Source: Folioceros fuciformis
Lineage: Eukaryota
Length of the DNA: 64,000 nt
NCBI GenBank assembly: GCA_049999805.1
Contig: JBNGIO010006109.1
Coordinates: 1 to 64,000 of the forward strand
Direction of reading: 5' to 3'
Shown here: positions 1 to 12,675 of the stretch, piece by piece
Numbering within the stretch: the first letter of the stretch is position 1
Layout: each line of letters begins with the position of its first letter
Notes under the pieces: model-generated
Databases searched by the model: none
The model's input: only the letters and a program-made list of their open reading frames with translations
Told to the model about the DNA's origin: nothing
Position numbers and translations under genes: made by a program

Positions 1-118
1 AAGCGTTACCTTTGCTGAATGGCGCACTTGGTCTTCAGTGGGAGCATCCAATGATTCCTCCATTGATGATTCAGACATATCCGCCTTCCCTGATTCGCAA
101 TTTGACTAGACTGATCAC

Positions 119-366
119 AGCACCCCAGTTCTCCCCGTTGAGGATGTTGCCCCTGTGGGGGGGGAAGATCCGGTTGATGATTTAGGTGATTCTGCAGGTT
201 TTGAGCTTGTTGGCCTTGATGATGCCATTGAAGTACCTNNNNNNNNNNGCACCCCAGTTCTTCCCGTTGAGGATGTTGCCCCTGTGGGGAGGAAGATCCG
301 GTTGATGATTTAGGTGATCCTGCAGGTTTTGAGCTTGTTGGCCTTGATGATGCCATTGAAGTACCT
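119..366 (+). repeat. Two ~118-bp near-identical copies flanking a 10-N gap in the copia linker
   Basis: Unit encoding PVLPVEDVAPVGGEDPVDDLGDSAGFELVGLDDAIEVP occurs on both sides of the gap with about 3 differences. Confidence 0.8.
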
Positions 367-369
367 GTA

Positions 370-2200
370 TAGCCAGATGTTCCAGATCATCCTCCGGATC
401 CACATGACTACCATCCTCAAGAACAAGTTGCTAATATCATTGAGCCTACCCTAGATGCTGACTTACCTGATCTACCACAAGTTGCAGAAGAACCTGGTAG
501 ACGGTATCCATCCCGTCAGCGTCAACCTCCAATTTACTACCGTGCTTTGGACTTTCGTCCATCTTCCTCTCATGTGCTCGTCAACGTTGCAAGTTCACTT
601 GATCCTATTGAGCCTCAGTCTTATGAAGAAGCACTGCGTCAACCTGATCACAAAGAATGGCAGAAAGCTATTTAGTCAGAATATGACTCATTAATTGAAA
701 ATGGAACATGGGAATTGGTGGAGTTACCTCCTGACAGAAAGCTGGTTTCATGCAAGTGGGTCTTTAAACTTAAAGTCAAAGCGGATGGTACCTTTGACCG
801 GTACAAGGCTCATTTGGTAGCGAGGGGATTTTCTCAAATCCCTGGCTTGGATTATCTTGAAACGTTCTCACCAGTTGTTAAGCTCCACACTTCGTATCCT
901 CCTTGCAATATCAACATACTATGATTATGAGATACAGATGTATGATGTTAAAACTGCATTCCTATATGGCAAGATTGATACAGAGGTATACATGCAACAA
1001 CCACCAAGGTACAAAGTGAAAGAAAAGGAAAACTATGCATGTAAACTGATCAAGTGTATATACGGGTTAAAACAATCAGCAATGAAATGGAATGCTGCTT
1101 TAGACACAGAACTTCTACAGCTTGGGTTCACAAAGACCCAGGCTGACAGCAGCTTGTACATATACTTGAAAGGAGAGGTTATATGCTACCTAGCAGTCTA
1201 TGTGGACGATTTGATACTATCCAGTAACAGCCAGGCATTCATAACAAGTATAACTGATGTATTGGCCACCAAATTCAAGATGTCCTGTTTAGGCCCCCTA
1301 CAGAGTTGCCTAGGGATACACATCCAACGGAACAGGAAGACTCGGGTCATGACTCTAACTCAACCACGTTACCTCTTGGATTGTGTCGAGCAGCTTGGCC
1401 TCAAGGATGCTAAGCCTGCATCAACGCCCATGGCAGCGGGTCAGAAACTAAGCAAGACCATGTCACCTGTAACTAGAGACGAAAAGGCACAAGTGAAAAA
1501 CATACCCTAGAGACAGGGTGTTGGCAAGTTGATATACGCCAGTAATACAACAAGACCAGAGATTGCGTACACTACGAGTGTATTGTCACAGTTTCTGGAA
1601 AATCCATGTGTGGAGCACTGGACAAGTCTTAAGCATGCATTCAAATACCTGAAAGGTACATCTAAGTTAGGGATTACGTATAAGCATCAAAAAGGACAGC
1701 CCTTGGACCTTGAAGTCTTTACAGACTCGAACTATGCCGGTGATATCGACAGCAGAAAGTCGGTTTCAGGATATGTGATTTCCATAGCAGCAGGTCCAGT
1801 GTGTTGGTCAAGCAAAAAGCAACCAACAGTTGCTTTGTCTTCAACGGAAGCAGAATATCGGGTCCTGACTGCGGCTGCAAAGGAAATCATTTGGTGTCAG
1901 TTGCTATTTAAGAAGCTAGGTATTCAAATACCAACATGCATCACTATACATACTGACAATCAGGGCTCAATGGCCTTGGCAAGAAATCCAGTTCTTCATT
2001 CGAGAACGAAGCATGTAGAGGTAGAATACCACTACATACGGGGGCTCGTGAATGAAGGCAAAATAGATTTACAATATGTCCCGACGCAGGATAATCCAGC
2101 AGACATATTGACGAAAGCCTTAAGCAGAGAATTACACTTTAAGCACATGCAACGTTTGGGCATAGGAGATGCAGAAGCACTCCTATCCAATTCAGAGTAA
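370..2200 (+). pseudogene. Disrupted copia pol (RT-RNase H)
   Basis: In-frame TAG at 370-372, 673-675 and 1508-1510; frameshift near 885 between VVKL and STLRILLA; natural stop at 2198-2200. Confidence 0.92.
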
Positions 2201-2211
2201 ACCATCTACTT

Positions 2212-3082
2212 CTAAAAGCCCGAGGAGACTGAGTTATCAGAATCAGATATCGTGTCTAACACTATCTCAGTTCCAGCCTCAACAGTGTCAAAGGTAGACT
2301 CATCTCTAGTCTTGAAGGAGGCATCGGGCGCCCAGTCTTTGCAAGGCTTCAGGCGGCACAATTCTTTATACTTGGCTTCATCACCAGTCGCTCTCGCTTC
2401 TTCCAACATCTTCCACTCCTCCCTGATACGCCTAGTGGACTCTGTCCACAGCAAGTGGGAGCAGTCAGTAAAACCACAAGCAACTTGAAGACAGTAACTT
2501 CAGCAATAGTGAAAAGCAGTGAACGGGGTTTGTAATCTTAATGTACAGACTAACAACATGCCCAGGAAAGCATCTGCAGCGGAGGACTTTCACCCTCTTC
2601 ATCGATAGTTCCTCCGAGTCAACCCAAGCTTTGTACCAGATCGGAGAGCAAGGGAACTCCAGGGTGCCATAGGTCACAACCTTCGTCTCTTCACCACGAC
2701 ACTTGGGCTTTGGCAGGCGTACCTGGATGCGGCTCTTGGAGCCGTCACTGTAGTATGCCACATCCAAGTTGAGCACTCTGGTAAAGGGCGAAACCACGAA
2801 CTCTTCTTCTTCTACAGGCGCAGGGGGTGGTGATGGCTGTCGCTGAGGCGCAGAGGGACCAGCCATGTTGGAAACAGTCTGCACCACACCGCGTTTGTTG
2901 CGCTCCAGAAACGCCTTGGTAGATCCTAGCAGACGTCCAGGTTTCCAATCCGCCGTTGTATGAGTTCGCAAAGGAACCTGGTGATCAAGAACAAGAAACA
3001 GATTGCAGCAGCGCACCTTAGCTCGGGAGCTTTCATACAGGTGTCTGTACCAGGCGGTGGCATCTTCACTGGCGATGCTCAC
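2212..3082 (-). CDS. Antisense ORFs (205 aa and 80 aa, possibly one spliced gene) of unknown function inside the copia 3' region
   Basis: ORFs 2465-3082 and 2212-2454 fill the pol-to-PPT interval; intron-like signals between them on the minus strand (GTTAGT, TACTGAC, GGACAG). Confidence 0.45.
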
Positions 3083-3191
3083 AGCTGGAACGTAATGGAG
3101 TATGTGTTCTGTTCGAGTTCCTCACTGGGAGTCAGCAGCGAGGGGTACAAGCCGTTGTGTACTTCACCGAATTATTATCAGCAAGTGGGAG

Positions 3192-3420
3192 TGTTGGATA
3201 ATATGTGCTAATTAATAATTGCGGCTAGTTATTATAGTTTAAAATAATTTAACTTACCCGTTCGCTAGGGTTACACCGCTTAGCAAAGGGGTGTACCGTT
3301 TTGTAAGTAGCTGTAGTTTAAGTTGGGCTTATCTATCAAGAATACATACACATGACAAGCATGAATGTAATGTAATATAGCCAATTAATGTAAATATGTT
3401 TCTGCATATTTTCTTTAATC
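3192..3420 (+). repeat. Putative 3' LTR
   Basis: Begins TGTTGGATAATATG right after PPT AAGTGGGAG (3183-3191); a degenerate inverse (CATATTTTCT) near 3405-3414; exact 3' end unclear. Confidence 0.6.
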
Positions 3421-3425
3421 TGAAA

Positions 3426-3672
3426 GTAACTTGTCGTCTACCACATAGCACTAACTAACCAATAACTTGTCATCTACTACATAGCTTTGTCTGCCAACTA
3501 ACCTGTTCCAAGTAACTTGTCGTCTACCACATAGCACTAACTAACCTATTCCACGTAACTTGTTGTCTACCACATAGCTTGTTGTCTGCCAAGTAGCTTG
3601 TTGTCCACCAAATGGCTTGTTGTTGTCCATCAAGTGGCTTGTTATTGTCCACCAAGTGGCTTGTTGTTGTCG
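3426..3672. repeat. Degenerate 19-22-bp minisatellite
   Basis: Repeated GCTTGTTGTCYACCAAGT-like units; 35-bp GTAACTTGTCGTCTACCACATAGCACTAACTAACC at 3426 and 3512. Confidence 0.75.
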
Positions 3673-5915
3673 AGTCATGACAATTTGGATTTCACCATGT
3701 AGCACATTGCCTGTTGATGACATGTATACTTTGGAGCACCACCTTCAAGGACATAGCAAATACAAAGTATAATGATACTTCTTACCAAAATTTTTGCACT
3801 CTCCACCTATGTTAAGTTTAGTAGCTATACTCTTCACAACTCTCTCTACAAGACCTATAGTTCAAGCCTCTTCTTCAAGGAAAGCCTCAAGAGTATGCCT
3901 CAAGGCTTTTGCTTTGATCTTTATATACCCTACAAACTAACCTCAACTATGCATTTCTACTAACAATAGGAACTAAGCAAAGCACTCATCTCTAAGAGTG
4001 CCCTTAAGATCGATTGCGGATCAAACAACTCCACTCTCAGGAAGTTTGCATGGAGTGTGCAACAACAGGCATCTTAAAGGAGTATCTATTAGAGTAATTT
4101 TTTCGTATTTTCCTCTTTTACCTGCAATTACCTTCACTCTGTTGTAGTTTGTATGTATGAAGCATACATCAACACATGCATCTTCATATAGGGCAACTAC
4201 TATTATAACTTCTCCTATTCTTCACTCTCATCTTTGAGCAATTATACTCACTAGGAGTTTGCATGGAGGCAACATCATTGTCTGCATCTTTGATAGGGTA
4301 GCATCTATCCTAACTTTCTCTTACTTTTCACTTTCACCTTTCAATTTTAATTTTATTTCATAAATACTGTTCCTATTGAATTGTCTTTGTGGACTTTAAA
4401 ATTTAATAGAAATGTGGTAGTGGAAGACAATTTGATGTTCTTCGAGATAATTAGAAAAAATAAGTTCTACATAGATATTTCTATTTATCACTAACTAGTA
4501 CTTGGACTTGGCCATCTATACAATGTAAAGTGTAAAGAGATGATGAATATTGATTTAAGATATTTACTAATATTTAAATAAATAAAAATTAATCAAAGCT
4601 GGTTGCCATTGTTGGTAGAGAGACACATAGTTTAAATTAATATTTTCCTAAGTTGCATCTTGATGATGCAAAAAAAATACAATCTTCACACATTTTCTAT
4701 CATTAACATGAAGATTAACAATGGCCCTCTGTTACAACAAACATAACCAAAACCCGCAGGTTCTGGTGTGATTGCCATTACCCCGCTGGTGCAACAATAG
4801 AACACTCTTGGCTATGAATTTAGCCATGAATTTAACCAATTTAAATTTATGCATAACATTGCACACCAGCCACAAACCAACAGCCCGTTGACATTGGGCC
4901 ACAAGTTGTGGCCCAATGGGCGGTGGGTTGTGGGGCAACCCACCGCCTCAATTACCAATACAACACTGTTGGCCACTGACCACCGATTCTAACCAGAACC
5001 CAGAGGTTATGCGTTGGCAGCCTTGTTCCAAACGTGAGGGGTCCGTTGGGCGACCTTATTCCAGGCATCGTCCGTGAGTCTTGCACTGTAGTAAGTGGGA
5101 GGGCATGAAGATACATGTGTCCACCCTTTACCATCAAAAGTTCTGTGTGTTACCCTCGTGGGCTGGGCACGTTTGCTCAAAGATCACACAGATCAAGAAC
5201 AGCCTTGAAAGAATCCCACACCTCAAAACATTACTTGAACCACTCAATGAGGATATGTTAGATCTTTGGAGGTTAAGTGCTTCTAGAGAAGAAACGGCGC
5301 CGCGCCTCGACCCCTCAGGATTACTTGACATGTTTTTCCAGAAAGGACCTGGATAGCAATTTTCTCACGTCACAATTTCTGATTGAAGCACTTAGTCGTA
5401 GCAGAAAAGGAGATGGCCACTGTTGCCACTCTACCCCACTGTCCAGAACTCCGGAATGTTCAAGGAGCAAGGATTGCTTGGCTGCTTCATTCCTTGAATG
5501 GAGCAACCTGAGAAGAGCTGCAAGGAGAGAGAAGCACAACAACTATACATGGTTAGTCCTCACCACAACAGACAGATCGTAGCGTCAGCCCCTACTAGCT
5601 TTTACAAAATCTGCACTTACATTTTCAAGAATTGCTGAACTCATTAGCAGGCCCTGCCAACCTCCACTGATCCACGAGCATCAAAAAAACCTTCCACAGG
5701 CAAGGCTGTTTCAAGTTAGGGCAGTCTCAGCCAGGTACCATACCCTGTTGCAGCCAGGTACAACGAAATCAAAGAATTGGAGAGTCAAGGACATCATGCC
5801 TTTGTGCAAACATCAGACCTCTATGAGTAATGCCTCGGATGAAGGCAGGGAAGCACATGCTGAAAGCAGTCCTTGCCTTGACTTGGTCATTCGCATAGGA
5901 GAAGTGGTCTCAAGC

Positions 5916-7862
5916 CTAGGCACTTCTGCTCGCACGTTGACCTGGATGCATCATGGTGCTGCAAACCTCAAGCACATCCCCGTAAGCCTTATTTCCTGAA
6001 CAAGCCTTTTGAAGGATCATCCGTGTAATGTCATTGGGAAAGCACCCACTTGTTCCCATCTCACTTAAGACATCTAAAGCATGATCCTTCCTTCCTGCTT
6101 TTACAAGGCTAGCTATCATATTGTTGTAAGTTATGATATCCGGCAAGCAGCCCCTGCTTTTCATCTCCACATACAGTTGGCAAGCGGCATCCACCTTGCC
6201 AATCTTGCCAAGAGCATTTATAACGATGTTGTATGAGAAAATATCAGGCCGCTCCATTCCTTTGAATACTCTAAATGCTTCTGGTACATTCCCTGCCTTC
6301 GTCAGGTTGTTAAGAATAACGTTGAAGGTGTGGTTGTTTGGCGAGCAACCATGTTGCACCATTTCTAACAGCAACTTCTCCACGGCCGGTTGTGCCCCTG
6401 CCTTGCCGAGGATGTCTATCAGAAGAGTGTACGTGATGACCGAAGGTACGCAGTTGCTCTGCTTCATCTTCTGAAGCACATCAAACGCATCGTCCACTTG
6501 CCCCTGCTTCCCAAGATAGCTGATAAGGGCATTATACATAGCCTCAACAGACCTCCCACCAAGATGGGAAAGTTCCTCCAGCAGTTCAAGAGCTTGTTCC
6601 ACATTGCAAGACTCGAGAAAACCATGGAAGATGGTGGAGTACGAATTGAAATGGATTTTGCGTCCACCAGCTTTTACCTTCTTCAAAAACACCCACGCAA
6701 GATCTGTTTTCCGTAACTTGCGGAGACTTGAGAGGATGTACAGAAATGGATCAAAATCACACCCAGGGCCAGAACTGAATCCCACTTCCACCAGCTCAAG
6801 AAGGAATGCCCAGTTACGCTGGACAGAGTTGCCTTTAATGAGGCCGGTGATCAGTCCAGTGTATGTCAGCACTGTTGGTTCAAGGCCCGCCCTCCTCATG
6901 TTTTGAAAAAGCCTGTGTGCTTCATCTGACCTTCCTGCAGCAGCCAGGCTGTGAAGAAGGGCACTGTAAACAATCAAGTTGGCATCAAACCCATTAGCCT
7001 TCATGTCCTCAAACAAATTGCTCGCTGCTTCCCAATTTCCAGCCCTACCAAGGCAATCAATCAAGCTGCTGTACATTGCTGCATTCGGCTTAAATCCTTG
7101 GTCCTTCATTGCTTGAAAAGCTGTGCAAGCTGCATCAGCATCTCCAGCTTTCGAGAAGTTATCCATTCGAATGCAATGGGTGAAGCAATCAGGGACACAA
7201 CCTAATGCCAACATTTGCGCGTACAAACTTTCAGCTTTTCCATGGCACCCACTGTTGTAAGACACATTCATGACATAATTACACATCGCTGTAGTTGGCT
7301 TGCATCCATATTGCTCCATGTGCTTCAGCGTGTACACTGCTTCAGTCGTGTCACCTGATTTACAGTATCCCTTAATCAGTGTCCAGAACGTTACATCTGC
7401 AATCTCAACACTATTGAGGCTCATGTCGTCCAGCAGTCTCCAAACATCACTGAACCGACAAGCATCAGCAAATATCTTGATCATTTTTGTGTAGGCAGAC
7501 TTGCTGAGCTTCCCCCTAAGTTTCTCCTTCGCCCATTCGAAAAAGCAAGCAGCTGCATCTGTGTCCATCTCGCGTTTCAAAACCTCAACGACGTGGTATG
7601 AAGACAAGCGTAAACTCAGGGACTCCAGAGCATCCACGCTGACAGCACCCCGCTGAATCAAGCTGCATACTTTCTCCACAGAGCGACAAGCAGACGAAGA
7701 ATTTGGCTGCAAAATGAACTTGTTTCCCTTCCGCTCTATCTTGAACTCCGGATGCTCTTTTGTTACTGAAAGTCTTCTGAGCTGATACACTGAGACAGCT
7801 CTAGTAGAAGGGACATGATCTATCAGTCTATCCAGCATAAACCTCCGAAGCCTCCCAAACAT
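5916..7862 (-). CDS. P-class pentatricopeptide repeat protein, organelle-targeted
   Basis: Continuous ORF with tandem 35-aa PPR motifs (YSSLIDCLGRAG, YTLLIDILGKAG, YNIVINALGKIG); Arg-rich N-terminus from first ATG 7862. Confidence 0.93.
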   Translation of the reverse strand: MFGRLRRFMLDRLIDHVPSTRAVSVYQLRRLSVTKEHPEFKIERKGNKFILQPNSSSACRSVEKVCSLIQRGAVSVDALESLSLRLSSYHVVEVLKREMDTDAAACFFEWAKEKLRGKLSKSAYTKMIKIFADACRFSDVWRLLDDMSLNSVEIADVTFWTLIKGYCKSGDTTEAVYTLKHMEQYGCKPTTAMCNYVMNVSYNSGCHGKAESLYAQMLALGCVPDCFTHCIRMDNFSKAGDADAACTAFQAMKDQGFKPNAAMYSSLIDCLGRAGNWEAASNLFEDMKANGFDANLIVYSALLHSLAAAGRSDEAHRLFQNMRRAGLEPTVLTYTGLITGLIKGNSVQRNWAFLLELVEVGFSSGPGCDFDPFLYILSSLRKLRKTDLAWVFLKKVKAGGRKIHFNSYSTIFHGFLESCNVEQALELLEELSHLGGRSVEAMYNALISYLGKQGQVDDAFDVLQKMKQSNCVPSVITYTLLIDILGKAGAQPAVEKLLLEMVQHGCSPNNHTFNVILNNLTKAGNVPEAFRVFKGMERPDIFSYNIVINALGKIGKVDAACQLYVEMKSRGCLPDIITYNNMIASLVKAGRKDHALDVLSEMGTSGCFPNDITRMILQKACSGNKAYGDVLEVCSTMMHPGQRASRSA

Positions 7863-8540
7863 GTTACAACAGGCAGCTTCTGGAAAAGCCACGACCTACA
7901 GCCTTCAAGTCTGTCACATTTCGTTTAAGAATCTTCGCATGCAACCCGATCAGAGGATGGGAAGGGACATCGGGTCATATGGACCCATTCCAGCATCTCA
8001 ATCCAAAAGCCCTAAACCTAGTTCAGGAGTACGTATGAGTTTACAGATATATAGTCATCGACACATCAATGTGCCGGAATCTTCCATTATCCATCGCCGC
8101 CATTGACTCCGAGTTATGATACTTCATATGTTCCGCAATGATGACGTTTTTTTTGCATGGATGCAAGAAATAGCTACGATCACATGAAGCCGGGTCTGAG
8201 CAATTGGTACATCTACTTCCTGCCAAGCAGCTGCTTCAGGGATGAGTTTTGGTTCTGCCCGATTGTCCGGGAATATGGACGAATGCCCAGTTCTTGAGGG
8301 CTTTGAAGGGTGATTGCTCCAACCGTACCACAACTCATCGCTGCAGTGAGGATACAGGCTAAGGCGGATGGAAAGCTAGGGGATGTTGCCTGCAGATGAA
8401 GGGAAGGAAAGCTTGAGATGTCCTCACCTTGCGGCTGAGTGACGTGCAACCTAAGTATGTAGTGTGTACATCACTTTGAGTAACACTACACGCAACAGAA
8501 GACTTCCTTGGCAACTGTGCCTCCAGTTTAGATCCGGAAC

Positions 8541-10463
8541 TCACACAAAACCGTCAGAGTTTGATGGGTTTGGGCTGAAACTCGAGGAGCTCCGAGTATC
8601 AGTGGAGCTCCGGAAAAGCTCTGTTATAGATCCTAGAGAACTGCTTGCCTCAGTGCTGGTCTCACTCGAACACTTGCGGATTAAGTCATGATCGTACTTC
8701 GCTCCAAATCTTAGTGAGTCTTCAAGAAGGGGCTCGGTACATTTGAACCGAGTGCTCAGATGATCAACATCGATGGGGCAAGCGTAGCCCTTGCAGTATT
8801 TGGCTTGTTGTCTTTCCAGCGTTTTCACCACCTGCAGCATAGTTGGCCTCAACTTGGGATCACAGTTCAAGCATTGACACGCGAGGCCTGTTGCCTCTGT
8901 CAGCTGCTCATCTGATGCTGAGTTTAAAAGCTCCTCGTCAAAACAGTCAGTAACAACCCCACTTTCGTACGCTTCCGTGACCTGCACTTGGCCAGAACAG
9001 CACAGTAGTTTAGCTTTGTCTTTCCGGATCCCAGTTATCAATTGAAGTCTCGAAGAAAGAGGTTAAAGTCCACGTACCCATTCCACGATACCAACGTTGA
9101 ACTCTTGAAAAAGTTCGTTTGTTGGTCTTCTGCCAGTGATGAGTTCCAGCAACACAACACCATAGCTGTAAACGTCGCCCTTCTCAGTGACCTTTCCAGT
9201 TTCAATGTACTCTGCCAAAGCACAAGTGTGGGGAGTGCGACCGTCAGTCCTAAACCCCTAGGCAAACAGGATCTACTCTTTCGTTGCAGGCAGGGACATA
9301 TGAGTTGCTTACCGGGAGCCAAGTACCCAAGAGTGCCAGCAATGATGGTAGTTACGTGTGTTTGTTGAGGGCATTTCAGTTTGGCCAGCCCGAAATCCCC
9401 GACATGTGCCTCCATATCGTCATCCAGGAGGATGTTGCTTGCCTTGATGTCGCGGTGAATGACATGAGGCACACAGTCATGATGAAGGTAGGCAAGCCCA
9501 CGAGCACATCCAAGTGCAATATTAAGGCGGAGATCCCACGGGAGGGGCTCAGTACCGTTTGCCCTGTCTGCACCCACCAGCATAAGCATGTAATAGGTGT
9601 CAATGCAGAATTTCCAGAAGTCCTGGAGAAGGACGGATGTTGAATTTCGAAATACAGGAGAGCAGCAATGCGATTTTGCACGACTTTGCAACCAGTGAGT
9701 CTTGGAAGCTCATCGGTGAGTTTCCAATTACCGTGTAAATGATCATCAAGGCTACCGTTTGACATCAGATCGTACACTAGGAGATTCACTTGTGGTGAGC
9801 TATAGTAACCCCGAAGTGTCACGAGATTCCGGTGCTTGATGTCACTCAAGGTCTCCAGCTCTCTCTCAAATCCACGATCGTTGTCAAACCCTCCTCTAGC
9901 CAGCTTCTTAACCGCGTATGCAGAGCTATCATCCAGGACCAGCTTGTAGACAGTCCCGTAGCCCCCAGCTCCTATGATATCCTTCTTCGTCAGAGATTCC
10001 GTTTTCTTCAACACTGCTTTGAAATTAGGAGGCGCCGCCTGCCCATGATTCGAGCCATGAAACATCACTAGCTTGCCACCTGCCATCAGGATGGATCAGT
10101 CACTTACTGGTCGTAAAAGCAGACTTTCAGAACCACGAAAGCAAACAACAGGTACTTATACTCACCTGTTACTTGTACCTCGCAGACCTGTTTCATTCGA
10201 TGCCACTTTCTATACAACAACACCCCAATAAAGATTTTGGTAGCGAGGAAAACCACCACGCATATAGCGAATATGGCTCCAAAGCTGAGAGGTGGGTGAT
10301 GTGCGTTTTGTCCGGGCCTGTGGTCGACTACGACTTGATGGACATCTGCCCATCGAAACGAAGCTTTAGAGTCTGGAACAAGACCGGCAATTAAGTGACG
10401 CCAATCGCAACGAAAGCAAGAAGTCTGACCAGCCAATGGAGCTGCAACCGGTTCACTCCTCAT
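8541..10463 (-). CDS. Receptor-like Ser/Thr kinase with TM segment and little or no ectodomain (At1g78530-like); about 5 exons, start uncertain
   Basis: [88 protein letters not shown] introns. Confidence 0.92.
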
Positions 10464-11739
10464 AGCTAATTGCTTGTCCGTCAACCAGGATCAATCCATC
10501 CATGCATTGAGGGGCAGCAGGAACTGAGACCGTATGCCGAGCAGGAAGTCAGACTCGCATGCCTGGCTCAGCGTTGCCAACGGTGGATAGGTTTGAGAGC
10601 CCGCCCTTTCTCACAGCTCGGAAGGCGGTCACAAAATATTTCTATCCACTAAAAGCTCCTTGAAAGCGCGGGAACCACAGCCAGCGCCCCAGAAGAGCCG
10701 AAGAGACAAGAATGTATCAAGCCTTCCGGACAATCTGGGAGCGTTTCACCTACATGACTCCCAGACTGCACGGTTGAGGAGATGGGCAGGCTTTGCATTG
10801 AAGTGAGCGGGAACTTCGTGCATGCTGCTGTTGGCCACCTCAACACCGAGCCAAAATTGGGGACAGCTTGCAGGTTCTGCTGGCCGACATCACCAAATAT
10901 GGGGTTGCAGAGGCTGTTCCAGGGGACGGATCTTACTCTGCCAAAATGTACCCATGATTGTAGGCGTCGGCGGCGGCTGTTGATAAACCATTTCGGCACA
11001 CGTCCTATGTCACAGCCTCTCCTAAAGCCATTTGACTCCTTTTTCTCCACCATGATTGGCGCTCACTTTGGCGTTGCTCTCGTCTGTGGGTTTGTCCTTT
11101 TCCCAAACAGGGGCTCCGCGGAAGCTGAGAATTGCCATTCTGTGCCAGACGCAAAATAAATCGGCCACTTTTCCGTGCGAAAAGCTCCGCGTAAAATAGA
11201 TTGGCGAGTTATATCTGGTGCGTTATGGAAGTACAGTACAAAGAACCGCCGGCTGTTTCACGAGCTTGCTGAAGCCGAAGCTTCTACGGAGGAGGCTCGC
11301 CACGGCCGTGCTGACGCCTTGTGGTGAAGGAGATTTTCACTGAGCGAGGATTCGGGAAGGGAACTTAGGTCGATATGTAGAAAGTGTACAGACCAATTGA
11401 CCCCTCCAGCCACTTGCTAGGCCTCTGAAGAGCCAACAAATCTCAAGGACTTTGCTTGGACTGTTGGCTCTGCGTGAGGAAGGAGGATCGCGATCCCCCA
11501 AAATCTTCCTAAAAACACAGGTTAGCTTTTCGGACCTCCCTGCGGAGAGTGATCAACAGCCTATTTCTCTCCTCACGGAAGATCTGAGATAAATCAGGCA
11601 TGCACAGGAGGCATCCGTGGGGGAAACAGATTCTTGCAGAGTTACGCAACTTGCTAACAAAACTAAATCCTTTAATTGCAGTGGAAGGTCGATCATCGAT
11701 ACGGTCATGCGCGAAAGCAGTCATGTGAAAGACATCCTC

Positions 11740-12675
11740 TCAACCCGAATAGTCTAAGCTTGGTGTGACTTGGTGCAGATACTCAAATGTTTTACCCTGA
11801 ACCTCGTACTCCAGCATGTCGAGCGCCACCTCACAGCTTTGGGAAACTAGTTGTTCTGGATCAAGCAGATAGCTCCTCAGCAGCGCGACACTCTGGCAAT
11901 CGGCTATGGAACCGAGAGCTTCCGCTGCTTCATGACGAACCATGGGATGTTCGCTGGAATCCTTCAAGACAGAGACAAGAGCATCTGTGGCTGACTTATC
12001 CTGCAACTGACCCAACACATACGCCACCTCGTGTCGCAAAAGAGCACTCTTCGCCCCCAATGACGCCACAATTGCTTTCACCGCCCCCGAGCTCCCACGA
12101 TTCCTCAAAGCGAAAAGTGCGGCGTACCGCTCATACATGCCACTCCTATCATCCAGTAGCACATCCTGCAGATCGTTCACAGTCAAAGTCGAGGGAGCTG
12201 GCGCGGCAGGGTCAACTGACAGAAAAGGTGAAACTACCGCACCGTCCTCTCCTTCGCCCGAACTACCCAGCCGACTCTGCTGTATCCTTCTCAAAGCCAG
12301 CTCGCAAGTCTCCCTCACTTCCACATCAGGATCGCCGACCAGGGCTTTTTCCAGCAGAGCTACACATTCGGGTGCCCCGATCGCCCCGAGCGCCTCTGCC
12401 GCCTCGTGCCGGACAATTGAATCGAAGGTAGCACAATCCTGCAGCGCCTCTCTCAGTGCTGGAATGGCCGTCTCATCCTGCATCTGCCCAAGAGCAAATG
12501 CTGCCTCGTGGGCTAGCAACTTGGAAGAATCCCTCAAAGCTTGAATTAGGGCATCCCTGGCTGTAGAACTCCTTCGATTCCGCAGACAGAAGAGCGCTCT
12601 AAATCTCTCGCTTATCCGCAGCTTGCAGTCCAAAAGTTGCTGGCAAAGCAGAGATTCAGCAACACCAGACTCCAT
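11740..12675 (-). CDS. DOHH: Deoxyhypusine hydroxylase (HEAT-repeat diiron monooxygenase), intronless
   Basis: Duplicated halves with four His-Glu motifs: [48 protein letters not shown]. Confidence 0.96.
   Translation of the reverse strand: MESGVAESLLCQQLLDCKLRISERFRALFCLRNRRSSTARDALIQALRDSSKLLAHEAAFALGQMQDETAIPALREALQDCATFDSIVRHEAAEALGAIGAPECVALLEKALVGDPDVEVRETCELALRRIQQSRLGSSGEGEDGAVVSPFLSVDPAAPAPSTLTVNDLQDVLLDDRSGMYERYAALFALRNRGSSGAVKAIVASLGAKSALLRHEVAYVLGQLQDKSATDALVSVLKDSSEHPMVRHEAAEALGSIADCQSVALLRSYLLDPEQLVSQSCEVALDMLEYEVQGKTFEYLHQVTPSLDYSG

Larger units (their letters stand above)
1..3420 (+). mobile_element. Ty1/copia LTR retrotransposon, 3' part (acidic linker, RT, RNase H, extra 3' region, PPT, 3' LTR); 5' part outside the window
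   Basis: Copia motifs EPQSYEEAL, CKWVFKLK, QMYDVKTAFLYG, IYGLKQS, YVDDL, FTDSNYAGD, SSTEAEY, DNQG, ADILTKAL; purine tract then TGTTGG at 3192. Confidence 0.95.
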
